Shown: positions 49,305 to 58,310 of the stretch, piece by piece
Numbering within the stretch: the first letter of the stretch is position 1
How the letters are laid out: each line of letters starts with the position of its first letter
Origin: an uncultured Chlamydiae bacterium
GTDB lineage: Bacteria; Chlamydiota; Chlamydiia; Chlamydiales; SM23-39
Assembly: GCA_963713105.1 (NCBI GenBank)
Contig: CAVQKJ010000004.1
Coordinates: forward strand, 548,035-612,034
Length of the DNA stretch: 64,000 bases
Direction of reading: 5' to 3'
Notes under the pieces: model-generated
Databases searched by the model: none
Told to the model about the DNA's origin: nothing
Seen by the model: the letters and a program-made list of their open reading frames with translations, nothing else
Position numbers and translations under genes: made by a program

Positions 49305-50069
49305 TTAGAGGTCTCTTATCTTTTTTTTCGAACAGTGTTTTTGAAATAAACTCTGAAAACGGGTTTTTACACTCTCAACTGCTTGAGGATACAATTTGCA
49401 AATCCGGTTTGCGTAAATTTTTTGCTTCTTTTCCTGAGGCATCCGCTCTACTTGATCCAGATCGCAAAGATCGCTTTTTTTTGTTTTGCAAGAACGATCC
49501 TCTTCAGGATGCTTGTCGCAATAGGCTTTTTGATAGAGATCGATCCAATCGCTGCGGTAGAAATCCGTATGGCAATCGATATCTTGAGTGAACAGAAGAA
49601 TTTCTAGAGGCTCTGTAGAGAGTTCAAATGCGCTCGGAGCCAATTGAAATTCTGGACATTGCTGTTTCAACCGAGCGCGTGCGCGGTTGCTTCGATTTTC
49701 ATTCGTTTCGGTATCTTTAGCAAATTGATCCATAGACAGATCGCCGGCTCGCGCTTTTTTTATCGTCGCGCCCTGCAATTTAACGTATTCGGTTCCGGCA
49801 TTGAAAATTTCAAACACTAAGTCGGCCAATCCCTCGTTGCTGTGTAGATGGGTTTCAGGGATCAAAATCTTAATTTTCTTAGGTTTGTATGTTTTGTCGA
49901 AATCGGTAATTGTTTCCGCAAAACTTTGCTTCGTCGCCTCAATCGATAGAGGTTTTTCAACTTCACTGGAAGAGATCCATTTAGACGCTGCGGAACAAGA
50001 AAGAAATTGCGCTACGAGAGGCAAAGTTGAAGAGGCGGCGCTCACTCCTGTTATAGATGTAGAAATCAT
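49305..50069 (-). CDS. hypothetical protein
   Basis: 254 aa, Ser-rich N-terminus, no recognisable domain. Confidence 0.35.
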   Translation of the reverse strand: MISTSITGVSAASSTLPLVAQFLSCSAASKWISSSEVEKPLSIEATKQSFAETITDFDKTYKPKKIKILIPETHLHSNEGLADLVFEIFNAGTEYVKLQGATIKKARAGDLSMDQFAKDTETNENRSNRARARLKQQCPEFQLAPSAFELSTEPLEILLFTQDIDCHTDFYRSDWIDLYQKAYCDKHPEEDRSCKTKKSDLCDLDQVERMPQEKKQKIYANRICKLYPQAVESVKTRFQSLFQKHCSKKKIRDL

Positions 50070-50082
50070 TTAAAATCCTTTT

Positions 50083-50883
50083 TTAGAGATCTTTCAATTG
50101 TTGGCGCGGTATGTTCCAGTCGCTGTCATAGGAGTGGCCCCGGCAGGGGCTAGTTGTGATCGATTGAATTTCTCCATAGCTGTAATCATCCCTCTCTCCC
50201 CAGCCCTCAGGAGAACCTACGAGGAAAGTTTCGGGATAGCGGCAGAAGGGAAGAATTTGAATCAGCTCTTGGCGCGTCTCACCGTTTTCAAGCTGATCGC
50301 GCGCTTCTATAAAGGGTGAAAACTTGCGGAAAGACTGCTGCGCAACCAGAAATCGAAGGGTATTAAAATCTTTTGCCTTTGCAATTTTCCAAATATCGAC
50401 TTTAGATAGATGGGGACAGGCTCCATATCGGAGAGCGGAAGAGGCTGTTTGATGGTCCCCATGTTTTAAGGCATGAGTAAAACGATATTGTTGAAAAGCG
50501 AGAAAAATCCCTGCGGAAAACACGATAAGAGCAAAATTTCTCACTTTTTCAAAGAGCGTTAATTCAATTTTTTTAAAGACTTTCTGGTCGGTAGGTTCTT
50601 TCCCGAAAATATGATCGAAAATTTCACTTGCACTGCGCGATTCTGAATGCCAATGCCTGATGAGCAGATGGTCGTCAGAGGAATCATGGGTCGCATCTAT
50701 TATTTTGTCCCGAGAAATAGAAGAAATAAGACGCTCGATTGTTGGGATCAGTAGGGTTAAAGCGGCGATCTTCCCGTCGTTCAATTCTATTTTTACATTT
50801 CGTTCGCACCCATATCTACGGTCGATCGTAATAGATTTTATTTTTTCTGAATAATTATCATTTGAACAAGAAACGTGAATCAC
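50083..50883 (-). CDS. hypothetical protein with one central TM segment
   Basis: 266 aa, no recognisable domain. Co-directional with 49305..50069 and 14 nt upstream of it. Confidence 0.35.
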   Translation of the reverse strand: MIHVSCSNDNYSEKIKSITIDRRYGCERNVKIELNDGKIAALTLLIPTIERLISSISRDKIIDATHDSSDDHLLIRHWHSESRSASEIFDHIFGKEPTDQKVFKKIELTLFEKVRNFALIVFSAGIFLAFQQYRFTHALKHGDHQTASSALRYGACPHLSKVDIWKIAKAKDFNTLRFLVAQQSFRKFSPFIEARDQLENGETRQELIQILPFCRYPETFLVGSPEGWGERDDYSYGEIQSITTSPCRGHSYDSDWNIPRQQLKDL

Positions 50884-51031
50884 AAATCCTCATTTTTCAT
50901 TAAATAATACTAGAAATAGAAATTAAACGAACCATTATTTTACTTTTCAGAAAAACATATTAAATTAATAACTTGACAGACAAATAAGATAAAATTAAAA
51001 GAACGTATGAAGGAAAAAAGGAGTTCTTCCT

Positions 51032-51253
51032 ATGGGTTTAATACTACTGATTGTCTTAATCTGTTTGATTGTGTTGGTTTTACCTACTTGGCCCTACAGC
51101 CAAGGATGGGGATACGGTCCAACAGGTCTTATCTCGATTGTTTTAATTGTAATTCTCGTTTTGATTCTCGCTAATATTATTGCATTCTGGACAGTTGAAG
51201 TGGAGTCAAACGATAACGGGACAACGATCAAGATCGAAAAGCAAGAATATTAA
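51032..51253 (+). CDS. small two-TM membrane protein, DUF3309-like
   Basis: LVLPTWPYSQGWGYGP between two hydrophobic helices; AGGAG-like SD upstream. Confidence 0.5.
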   Translation: MGLILLIVLICLIVLVLPTWPYSQGWGYGPTGLISIVLIVILVLILANIIAFWTVEVESNDNGTTIKIEKQEY

Positions 51254-51322
51254 GACATTTAGAGTGTGGTCTTAACCCTCTTGTTAAAAAATAGTCCTAT
51301 TTAGATAATGCCTTCTTTAAAT

Positions 51323-51399
51323 GGCGCGGGGTGCCTGGAATACCAGGCTGAGAGAGTCCCGTGGAACCTGATCTAGGTAATGCTAGCGAAGGAAACGCC
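51323..51399 (+). promoter_or_regulatory. TPP (thiamine pyrophosphate) riboswitch, THI-box aptamer
   Basis: GGCGCGGGGUGCCUGGAAUACCAGGCUGAGAGAGUCCCGUGGAACCUGAUCUAGGUAAUGCUAGCGAAGGAAACGCC. Conserved GGGGUGCC, CUGAGA, ACCUGAUCU.GGUAAUGC.AGCG.AGGAA blocks align with the E. coli thiM aptamer. P1 is GGCG/CGCC. The aptamer's 3' GAAGGAAAC doubles as SD, 4 nt before ATG 51403. Confidence 0.8.
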
Positions 51400-51402
51400 T
51401 CT

Positions 51403-52113
51403 ATGAATTTAAGCATTTCCCGCGATCGTCTCGCGGGAACGGCCGGGAATTTTCTCGAGCCTCATGAATTAGATCTTCTTTCTCCCTTGCGAGTCTGCCA
51501 GCAGGGACTGACCCATTTTAGTCAAAGCGCGTCAAAGACAAATTCTCTAGAGCAAATCTTGCGGATCTTCCATAAGACAATCAAAATCATCTCGCTGCTT
51601 TTAGAAAAAGCGGGAGCGCTCTTAAATAAATGTTCTATCCAAATCGAGCAAAGCGTCGAAGTACTCGGGGTCGTTCAAGGAGTCCAGCTCATTCAAGAAT
51701 TCTCCTGCCCCGACAGCCAAGGACTTTATCTCTTTCAAAGTGCAAGTTGGCAAAAATGCCTCGGACGAGGTTTTCTGTTCGGATACAATATCTTGTCGAA
51801 TCTCAAGCTTGCAGAGAAACTAGAGCTCATTCATCTGCCCGAGATGACTCGAATCGCAATCGGGAGTTGTTCTATCCTTCGCCTGGCCACCGATGTTTCT
51901 TATCTTTTCTATCGCCTCTCGGCCCTCAGTGAAGGAATCCGAACGGGAAGACTCTGGCAAGCAGCCATCTCTGTAAGCAAGGTCTTTACGACAATCTTTT
52001 CATTGATCTTGAGGATTTTAAATGTCCGGGCCACCCTCTTAGTTCTCGCCTTGACGTGCGTCAGCGTTCTAACCGATGTAAGTAATTTAGCAAAAACGGA
52101 GAAATGGATATGA
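51403..52113 (+). CDS. hypothetical protein with C-terminal bilobed hydrophobic domain (Inc-like), first gene downstream of the TPP riboswitch
   Basis: ATG 51403 (MNLSISRD...). The ORF-track start 51361 is a translation of the riboswitch. C-terminus has LWQAAISVSKVFTTIFSLILRIL-NVR-ATLLVLALTCVSVLTDV. Confidence 0.5.
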   Translation: MNLSISRDRLAGTAGNFLEPHELDLLSPLRVCQQGLTHFSQSASKTNSLEQILRIFHKTIKIISLLLEKAGALLNKCSIQIEQSVEVLGVVQGVQLIQEFSCPDSQGLYLFQSASWQKCLGRGFLFGYNILSNLKLAEKLELIHLPEMTRIAIGSCSILRLATDVSYLFYRLSALSEGIRTGRLWQAAISVSKVFTTIFSLILRILNVRATLLVLALTCVSVLTDVSNLAKTEKWI

Positions 52114-52559
52114 GAATACTTTGCCTCTGTCTCTTGTTCTGTTCTTTCCTTTGCGCGGATAGTCTTTCTGTCGACTACGAAAGGATGAACAAAGAAACAT
52201 TTTATGAGAAGATCGCAGGCAATACTATCGTAGGGATCACGCGTCAAAGCCGAAGTCTTTACATGCTTTATTTTCTGGCGGATGGCACTTGTGAACTTTG
52301 GAAACAAAACCAAATTTATTCCGGCCGCTGGTGGATCGATCAGGGTCTAAACGGAGAAGATATTGTCCATGCCTTTTGGCCCAATTACATTTCTCAAGAG
52401 CCGAAATCTCTCTTTTCCCCTAAAAATCCCAACTATGGAAAGCCAACTTCCCTGCGTTACTATCTCAACCCGTCAACCGGCGGGATCTTTATCGCAGGCA
52501 AGTCTTTTCAAACAGCGGTTCTATTAGTTCCGGGATGCGCCTTCCCTTCTGCTGAATAG
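52104..52559 (+). CDS. secreted hypothetical protein, second gene of the riboswitch-controlled operon
   Basis: Signal peptide MDMRILCLCLLFCSFLCADS. ATGA-type overlap with the upstream gene. 3' end overlaps the convergent tkt by ~70 nt. Confidence 0.45.
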   Translation: MDMRILCLCLLFCSFLCADSLSVDYERMNKETFYEKIAGNTIVGITRQSRSLYMLYFLADGTCELWKQNQIYSGRWWIDQGLNGEDIVHAFWPNYISQEPKSLFSPKNPNYGKPTSLRYYLNPSTGGIFIAGKSFQTAVLLVPGCAFPSAE

Positions 52560-54393
52560 AATGCAGAATCGCTTCTTTTGTATACCCAAAGCGCCTCGCT
52601 AAATCGCTGCTCGCTCCCGATTCACCAAACCCGTTCAGGGAAATCGCAATTCCTTCCGCGCCGATATATTTGTGCCACCCTTGATCGACGCCCGCTTCGA
52701 TGCTGATCTTGATCTGGCCCCGCAGAAGAGCTTTTTTGTATGAAATGGGTTGTTTTTCAAACAATTCCCAAGAAGGCATGGAGACCGCTCGAGCAGATGG
52801 GCCTAGCTCTTCGGCCGCTTCAAGGGCTAAATGCACCTCCGATCCCGTGGCAATGAGCAGATAGACCGCTTCTGCAGTAGTTTCTTGCCGCACGATATAG
52901 GCGCCCCGTCCCACCCCCTCCTCGAAAGAGCGGGCAGGAAGCTCCTTTAAAGGCTGTCGAGAAAGAATGAGTGCCGTAGGGCCCTCGTGCCGAAGAGCGG
53001 CGAGCCAGGACATTTTGACCTCATTGGCATCCGCTGGACGCAATACTAAAAGACCCGGAATGGCGCGAAGGGATGCAATCTGCTCGATGGGTTGATGCGT
53101 AGGGCCGTCAGGGCCGATAAAAATTGAATCGTGCGTCAGTTGATAAATCACTTTGAGCCGCATCAGGCATGTCATCCGGATGGCGCTGCGCATGTAGTCC
53201 ACGAAACCAAGGAAAGTCCCTATGAATGGAAGAAGCGAACCCGTCTGCGCCATTCCAGCAGCAATGCAGGCCATGCCGAATTCCCGAACCCCGTATTTAA
53301 TATTGCGCCCTTCAAACTGCCCCGCTTGAATGACCTCGTATTTTTCCAAATAAGTGCCATCCGAAGAAGAGAGGTCGGCAGAACCGCCTATCAATTGCGG
53401 AAGATGATCGGCCAGAACCTGAAGCGCTGCATGAGACGCCCATCGTCCAGCTATTGGAGAAGGGATCGAGATGTTTTGGAGGATCGATTCCAGATGACAG
53501 GACTCTGAAATCGCGGATGGAGAAGGACAACCTCTTGCGCCCTTCTGTCTAAAGAACTGATAGATTTCCGGATCCACATAGAAAGAAACATCCGGCAATC
53601 CTAAATCTTTCTTAGCTATTGCAATCTCTTCTTTTCCAAGCGGACGGCCGTGGGCGGCGGGCGTTCCTTGCTTGTTCGGCGCCCCGCAGCCGATGCGCGT
53701 ATGGGCAATGACCAAAGTAGGTTTTGCTTGATGTATCTTAAGAGGCGCTAAAGCCGCTCTAATTTGATCCAAGTTATGGCCGTCTATCGCGACAACATTC
53801 CATCCTTGGGCTTGGAAACGCAAAGGGAAATTCTCTGAAAAGCTCTCCTGAACGTATCCATCCAAAGTCGTGGAATTGCTGTCGTAAATGAGAATTAAAT
53901 TATCGAGGTTGAGGTGGCCTGCTAAGGAACAGGATTCCATAGCGACCCCTTCCATTAAATCCCCGTCCCCTGCTACGACTACGACTTTAGAATCGATTCC
54001 CAGATGCTTTAATCCGAGAGCCTGCCCTACCGCGTACCCAACTCCTTGCCCATCCACGCCGGTTGTCGCCTCTACCCCTTCTGTTTTAGTCAAGTCGGGA
54101 TGACTGGGTGTTTTGGAATCGATTTGTCTAAAATTTCTCAAATCATCCAGCGTTAGAGGAAACCCAGCGAGATGCAAGCAGCTATAAAGCCAAAGAGACC
54201 CATGCCCAACAGAAAGAATTAAACGGTCTCGATGAGGCCATTTTGGATAAGAGGGATCAAAACTTAAAAATTCGCCAAATAGATAGGCCCCCAATTCAGC
54301 GCAGCCCATCGGCATTCCTGGATGGCCGGAACCTGCGAGCTCAACCGCATCCATCGTGAGATGCCGGATCGTGTTTGCGATTCTTTTCAACAT
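52489..54393 (-). CDS. tkt: transketolase
   Basis: GSGHPGMPMG (TPP-binding), 634 aa, collinear with bacterial Tkt. Confidence 0.93.
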   Translation of the reverse strand: MLKRIANTIRHLTMDAVELAGSGHPGMPMGCAELGAYLFGEFLSFDPSYPKWPHRDRLILSVGHGSLWLYSCLHLAGFPLTLDDLRNFRQIDSKTPSHPDLTKTEGVEATTGVDGQGVGYAVGQALGLKHLGIDSKVVVVAGDGDLMEGVAMESCSLAGHLNLDNLILIYDSNSTTLDGYVQESFSENFPLRFQAQGWNVVAIDGHNLDQIRAALAPLKIHQAKPTLVIAHTRIGCGAPNKQGTPAAHGRPLGKEEIAIAKKDLGLPDVSFYVDPEIYQFFRQKGARGCPSPSAISESCHLESILQNISIPSPIAGRWASHAALQVLADHLPQLIGGSADLSSSDGTYLEKYEVIQAGQFEGRNIKYGVREFGMACIAAGMAQTGSLLPFIGTFLGFVDYMRSAIRMTCLMRLKVIYQLTHDSIFIGPDGPTHQPIEQIASLRAIPGLLVLRPADANEVKMSWLAALRHEGPTALILSRQPLKELPARSFEEGVGRGAYIVRQETTAEAVYLLIATGSEVHLALEAAEELGPSARAVSMPSWELFEKQPISYKKALLRGQIKISIEAGVDQGWHKYIGAEGIAISLNGFGESGASSDLARRFGYTKEAILHSIQQKGRRIPELIEPLFEKTCLR

Positions 54394-54451
54394 GACTTAT
54401 CTTCAAAAGACGAACGATTTTATATAATCCGTTCTCATTTTTCTAGGGTTT

Positions 54452-55348
54452 ATGGAATTAACGATAGATCTCCATCTGGCTCATCGGTTGCTCGCTTCTC
54501 AATTTCCTCAATGGAAGGACCTGCCTATCCGTCCCATTCTACCCGGCGGATGGGACAATCGGACCTTCCGTCTGGGCGAAGAGATGCTCATACGCATGCC
54601 GAGCGCAGCCTGTTACGCAGGACAGGTGGAAAAAGAACACCATTGGCTCCCCCGCATCGCCCCTCTCCTTCCCCTTCGCATTCCTGAGCCTTTGGCCCTG
54701 GGAAAGCCTGCAGAGGGTTATCCGTGGAAATGGTCGATCTATCGGTGGATCGAGGGCGAAACGGCCGCGGCGATCGCCGATCAGATCGACTTGAACGATT
54801 TTGCAATCCGCCTGTCTCAATTTCTCAAAGCGTTGCATAGCATCGATCCTACCGGCGGCCCCTTGCCTGGGCCGCACAATTTCTTTCGCGGAGGAACTTT
54901 GATGACCTACAATACTGAGACGCGCCAATCTATTGCAGCTCTAAAGGACCGGATCGATGCCAATACCGCAACCGACATCTGGGAAAGCGCCTTAAATACC
55001 ACATGGAGCAAAGCGCCTGTTTGGATCCACGGCGACATCAGCGCAGGCAACTTGCTCACCAGGCAAGGACGGCTCAACGCCGTCATTGATTTCGGACAAT
55101 TAGGCATCGGAGATCCCGCCTGCGACCTATCGATCGCCTGGACATTCTTTAAAGGGGAAAGCCGGAAGCAATTCCGCAATCTCCTTTCCCTCGACAATGC
55201 GACCTGGTCGCGCGGACGCGCATGGACCCTATGGAAAGCTTTGATCTACCTCGCAAGCGATCTAGGAAACATGAATTTCGAAGCCGCGCGATCGCGGCAG
55301 ACCCTTGGCGAAGTGATCGCAGACCACAAACACAACAGAACATCTTAA
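54452..55348 (+). CDS. aminoglycoside/choline-kinase-type phosphotransferase (APH family)
   Basis: IHGDISAGNLL (Brenner HGDxxxxN) and VIDFGQLGIGDPACDLS (DFG-like). Confidence 0.75.
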   Translation: MELTIDLHLAHRLLASQFPQWKDLPIRPILPGGWDNRTFRLGEEMLIRMPSAACYAGQVEKEHHWLPRIAPLLPLRIPEPLALGKPAEGYPWKWSIYRWIEGETAAAIADQIDLNDFAIRLSQFLKALHSIDPTGGPLPGPHNFFRGGTLMTYNTETRQSIAALKDRIDANTATDIWESALNTTWSKAPVWIHGDISAGNLLTRQGRLNAVIDFGQLGIGDPACDLSIAWTFFKGESRKQFRNLLSLDNATWSRGRAWTLWKALIYLASDLGNMNFEAARSRQTLGEVIADHKHNRTS

Positions 55349-56688
55349 TTTTGGACTATCCCATAGTCTCTTGTGGACTGGATTACACGAGAGGAAAGTC
55401 CGACAATTCCAATTAGATTGATGGTTAGCATGAGGGATACCGCGATATCGGCAAGATTCCAGATCATATCGACCTGCAGTAAACTCCCGATAGGGATCAT
55501 GGCGATGTAGAGATAGCGAAATAAACGCGCCTTCTCTTCTCCTGCGATAAAGTGCAATGCTTTTTCTCCGCAATAACACCACGCCATGATGGTTGTGAAT
55601 GCGAATAGGACAAGGGAGATCATGACGATAAAGCCGCCTATTGGATGATTGAGACCTTGAGAAAAGGCGTGGGTCACCATGTTCGTGCTTTGTAAATGAG
55701 GGTCTTGATAGGCGCCTGTGACAATTAACACAAGCCCGGTTGCAGTGCACGTGATCATTACGACAAGCGGGGCGATCAGGGAAGCAATGCCATCGACAAC
55801 CGGGTGCTCCGATTTTGCACTCGCCTGCAGGATCGGCACAATGCCAAGGCCGGCATCGGTTGCAAAAAGCCCTCTATCAAATCCGGTTGTAATCGCCTTT
55901 AACATGCCAGCGCCGGCAATGCCCCCTGTAAAGGCTGATACGTCAAAAGCTTGCTGAAACATCAGTTTCAATGCAGGAATGATTCCTTCGAAGTGCATCA
56001 CAAGAATAACAATCGCCGTTCCAAGATAGAGGAACGCCTTTAACGGAATAATGTAGGAGGCAAAATTAGAAATGCGCTGAATCCCCCCGAAAACTGTGAT
56101 ACCCAGAGCTGCAGCAATGACTAAACTGCAATAGAAGGGATTGAAGCCAAGCTTTTCAAGAGGGAGTACGACAGAGTTGATTTGAGCCAGATTTCCGATC
56201 GCGATGGCTCCAAAGATTGCCAATAAGGCAAATAAAATGGCTATTTTTCTGTAGCCAAGCCCTTGCTCAAGATAGTACATCGGACCTCCGACGTATTCGC
56301 CCGATTCTGATTTTTTCCTGTAAGAGACTCCCAGAACGCAGCTGACGAATTGAATGACTGAGCCGAAGAAGACCATGATCCACATCCAAACAAGAGCTCC
56401 AGGACCTCCCGTAGCAAGGGCAACAGCCATTCCTGAAATGTTGCCGGTGCCAAGGTTGCCGGCGAGGACGGAGCAGATAGCCCGAAATCGACTAATATTG
56501 CCAGCGCTGTTCGCATTGTTTTTCGTGAAACACAAAAAACTTTTTTTCAAATGCGTCAACTGGACAAAACGGAGTTTTAAAGTGAGGTAAAAACCGATGA
56601 CAATGACTGCCGGGAAGACGATGAACAGCGTGAAAAGATGATTGGCATGAAATAAATGTGTAAAAAGATCCATAAACAACTCGCTCAT
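55345..56688 (-). CDS. sodium:alanine (amino acid:cation) symporter, AGCS family
   Basis: ~11 TM. GGPGALVWMWI motif typical of the AGCS family. Confidence 0.8.
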   Translation of the reverse strand: MSELFMDLFTHLFHANHLFTLFIVFPAVIVIGFYLTLKLRFVQLTHLKKSFLCFTKNNANSAGNISRFRAICSVLAGNLGTGNISGMAVALATGGPGALVWMWIMVFFGSVIQFVSCVLGVSYRKKSESGEYVGGPMYYLEQGLGYRKIAILFALLAIFGAIAIGNLAQINSVVLPLEKLGFNPFYCSLVIAAALGITVFGGIQRISNFASYIIPLKAFLYLGTAIVILVMHFEGIIPALKLMFQQAFDVSAFTGGIAGAGMLKAITTGFDRGLFATDAGLGIVPILQASAKSEHPVVDGIASLIAPLVVMITCTATGLVLIVTGAYQDPHLQSTNMVTHAFSQGLNHPIGGFIVMISLVLFAFTTIMAWCYCGEKALHFIAGEEKARLFRYLYIAMIPIGSLLQVDMIWNLADIAVSLMLTINLIGIVGLSSRVIQSTRDYGIVQN

Positions 56689-56786
56689 TTTTGATTTTTA
56701 AAAGGAAAAAATATATACCGCGCCCGCTCATCTTGAGTGAATTTTGTTGAGTGTCTTTTGCGCCCCAGCGCATTGCTCGATCTTGC

Positions 56787-56947
56787 TATTACTCCGCTAG
56801 GCAAACAAGCGACAGAGAGCGCCAGCGAGGCAAAGCCAGATTGATCCGAACGACGAGAGGCATAGCCAAAGGCTAGACCGAGGAGGAGGATCAATATGGC
56901 AAAGCCGCAGCAAGCTATATGTCGCTTGTTTGCCTAGCGGAGTAATA
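56787..56947. mobile_element. 161-bp MITE-like element, copy 2 (inverted relative to copy 1)
   Basis: Same 28-bp TIRs. Interior is the reverse complement of copy 1 with one mismatch (atCaatatg vs atTaatatg). Both copies are flanked by TA. Confidence 0.75.
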
Positions 56948-57060
56948 ACATACTGAAGTTTACGGCGATCTCCGCAATGCTACTGGAACGCAAAATCCAC
57001 TGCCAAAATTCACACAACCTAAACGGGCGCGGTATAGGTAAAAAAATTAAATTACACCCC

Positions 57061-57095
57061 CGGAGGGGCCGAGCGGGACGAGGACGAAGATTGTG
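57061..57095 (-). terminator. weak GC hairpin + T-run downstream of the OMP array (minus strand)
   Basis: Minus-strand reading is GCCCCUCCGGGGG followed by UGUAAUUUAAUUUUUUU. Confidence 0.3.
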
Positions 57096-57236
57096 ACAAA
57101 AACAGAAGACTTTCCATATCACTCAAAATAAACGAGCGGCATTATTCTTTGCAAGCAATCCCCCCAGAAGGTAGCGTCTCTGTTTGAAAATTAAAAAACC
57201 ACAGAGAGCAAAGAGATCTCAAAGACGATCGTCTTT

Positions 57237-58295
57237 CTAGAACTTGAAGAGAAACCTGCAAGTTCCCCCCTGAAGGATCAATGCATTATTCAAGAGGCCT
57301 GAAAAGTGTTGAAAAAATTGCAGATGCTGCATCCAAACTTGCAATTCATATCCAAGTTTTAAGGTAAATTGGGCCCTCTTTCTAAAAGTATAGTCCCAAA
57401 CAAATCCAGCCGCGCTTTGCAGTGTTAAGGATCCCATATTTCTATCGGGCTGAGTGTTGATTGTGTTTACGTTAATGGTCGTGTAAGCCACTTCATTGAA
57501 GGACCAGTGTCCCCACATAAAAACTTGCGATAAATCGTAATACATACTGAATGCATGCTTATGAACACACCCAATATTCCACTGACTGTTTAATCCGGCA
57601 ACAGGACCTACTCCCCAAAAATGGTGTTTCAACATTTCCTCAGCGTTGTAAGGAATAATCGTATTGGAGTTCATCCAATCGGCTTGAATGTTTTGATGGA
57701 TCCATCCCCCTTGGACTCCCAAAAATGGACGCAGAGACAAAAATGGACTTACCCAACAAACTCTGCCGATATCCCAGTTGAACATGTTGAACAAAACATG
57801 CCACTTGATCTTTGCTTCGTTAAATGACAATGAGAATGCTGGCAAAGTCAAGAGAAAATCGGTTGCTATAAACTGACTTTGTATGACCAAGTCAGGAGTG
57901 GAAAAGACATGGCTTGAGCCGCTTGTATGATACCAGGTGTAATAAAGTTGGGTATTCCAAAGATCGTGATCTAAAGTATAGGAGATTCCCGTTCTCGCAC
58001 CAGTGCTCCAATCGAAGACGACCGCTTCTAGCGAGTCAGAAAACGCTCCGCTAAATGCGCCTGAAGCTGGGGTAACAAATCTGGGATTTACGAGAAATGC
58101 CCATTGGGTGTTCGTTTCTTGAAGATTCCAATAGAGAATGTCAGCAAAAAGGTCCCATTTTTTCGTTTCATTTTCACACACATCTATCGAATTGCATGAG
58201 GGAGGGATAGAGTCATCTGTATTAGAGTATCCCTTTGCTGTCATGAGTGATAACAGGATGGCAAAGACCCTCCCAATTTTTCTGATTCTCATCAC
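57237..58295 (-). CDS. MOMP-like outer-membrane beta-barrel protein, tandem paralog 3 of 3
   Basis: Signal peptide. KWDLFADILYWNLQE, HFWGVGPVAGLNSQW, C-terminal ...RFLFKF. Confidence 0.6.
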   Translation of the reverse strand: MMRIRKIGRVFAILLSLMTAKGYSNTDDSIPPSCNSIDVCENETKKWDLFADILYWNLQETNTQWAFLVNPRFVTPASGAFSGAFSDSLEAVVFDWSTGARTGISYTLDHDLWNTQLYYTWYHTSGSSHVFSTPDLVIQSQFIATDFLLTLPAFSLSFNEAKIKWHVLFNMFNWDIGRVCWVSPFLSLRPFLGVQGGWIHQNIQADWMNSNTIIPYNAEEMLKHHFWGVGPVAGLNSQWNIGCVHKHAFSMYYDLSQVFMWGHWSFNEVAYTTINVNTINTQPDRNMGSLTLQSAAGFVWDYTFRKRAQFTLKLGYELQVWMQHLQFFQHFSGLLNNALILQGGTCRFLFKF

Positions 58296-58310
58296 TTCAA
58301 AAACTCTTCT

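Noticed and set aside
51361-51402. N-terminal 14 codons (MEPDLGNASEGNAS) of ORF 51361..52113
   Set aside because: These codons are the 3' half of the TPP riboswitch aptamer (GUGGAACCUGAUCUAGGUAAUGCUAGCGAAGGAAAC) read as protein. The true start is ATG 51403.
56689-56786. Glycine riboswitch upstream of the Na+/alanine (AGCS) symporter
   Set aside because: I looked for the GGAGAG / ACCGAAGGGGCAA / CUCUCAGGC blocks on the minus strand. Only a weak CUGGGGCGCAA fragment is present, and no tandem aptamer.
56685-56894. 69-aa ORF and other small ORFs overlapping MITE copies (also 17732-17809)
   Set aside because: They lie inside a repeated non-coding element with terminal inverted repeats, and the same sequence is 'coding' on opposite strands in the two copies.
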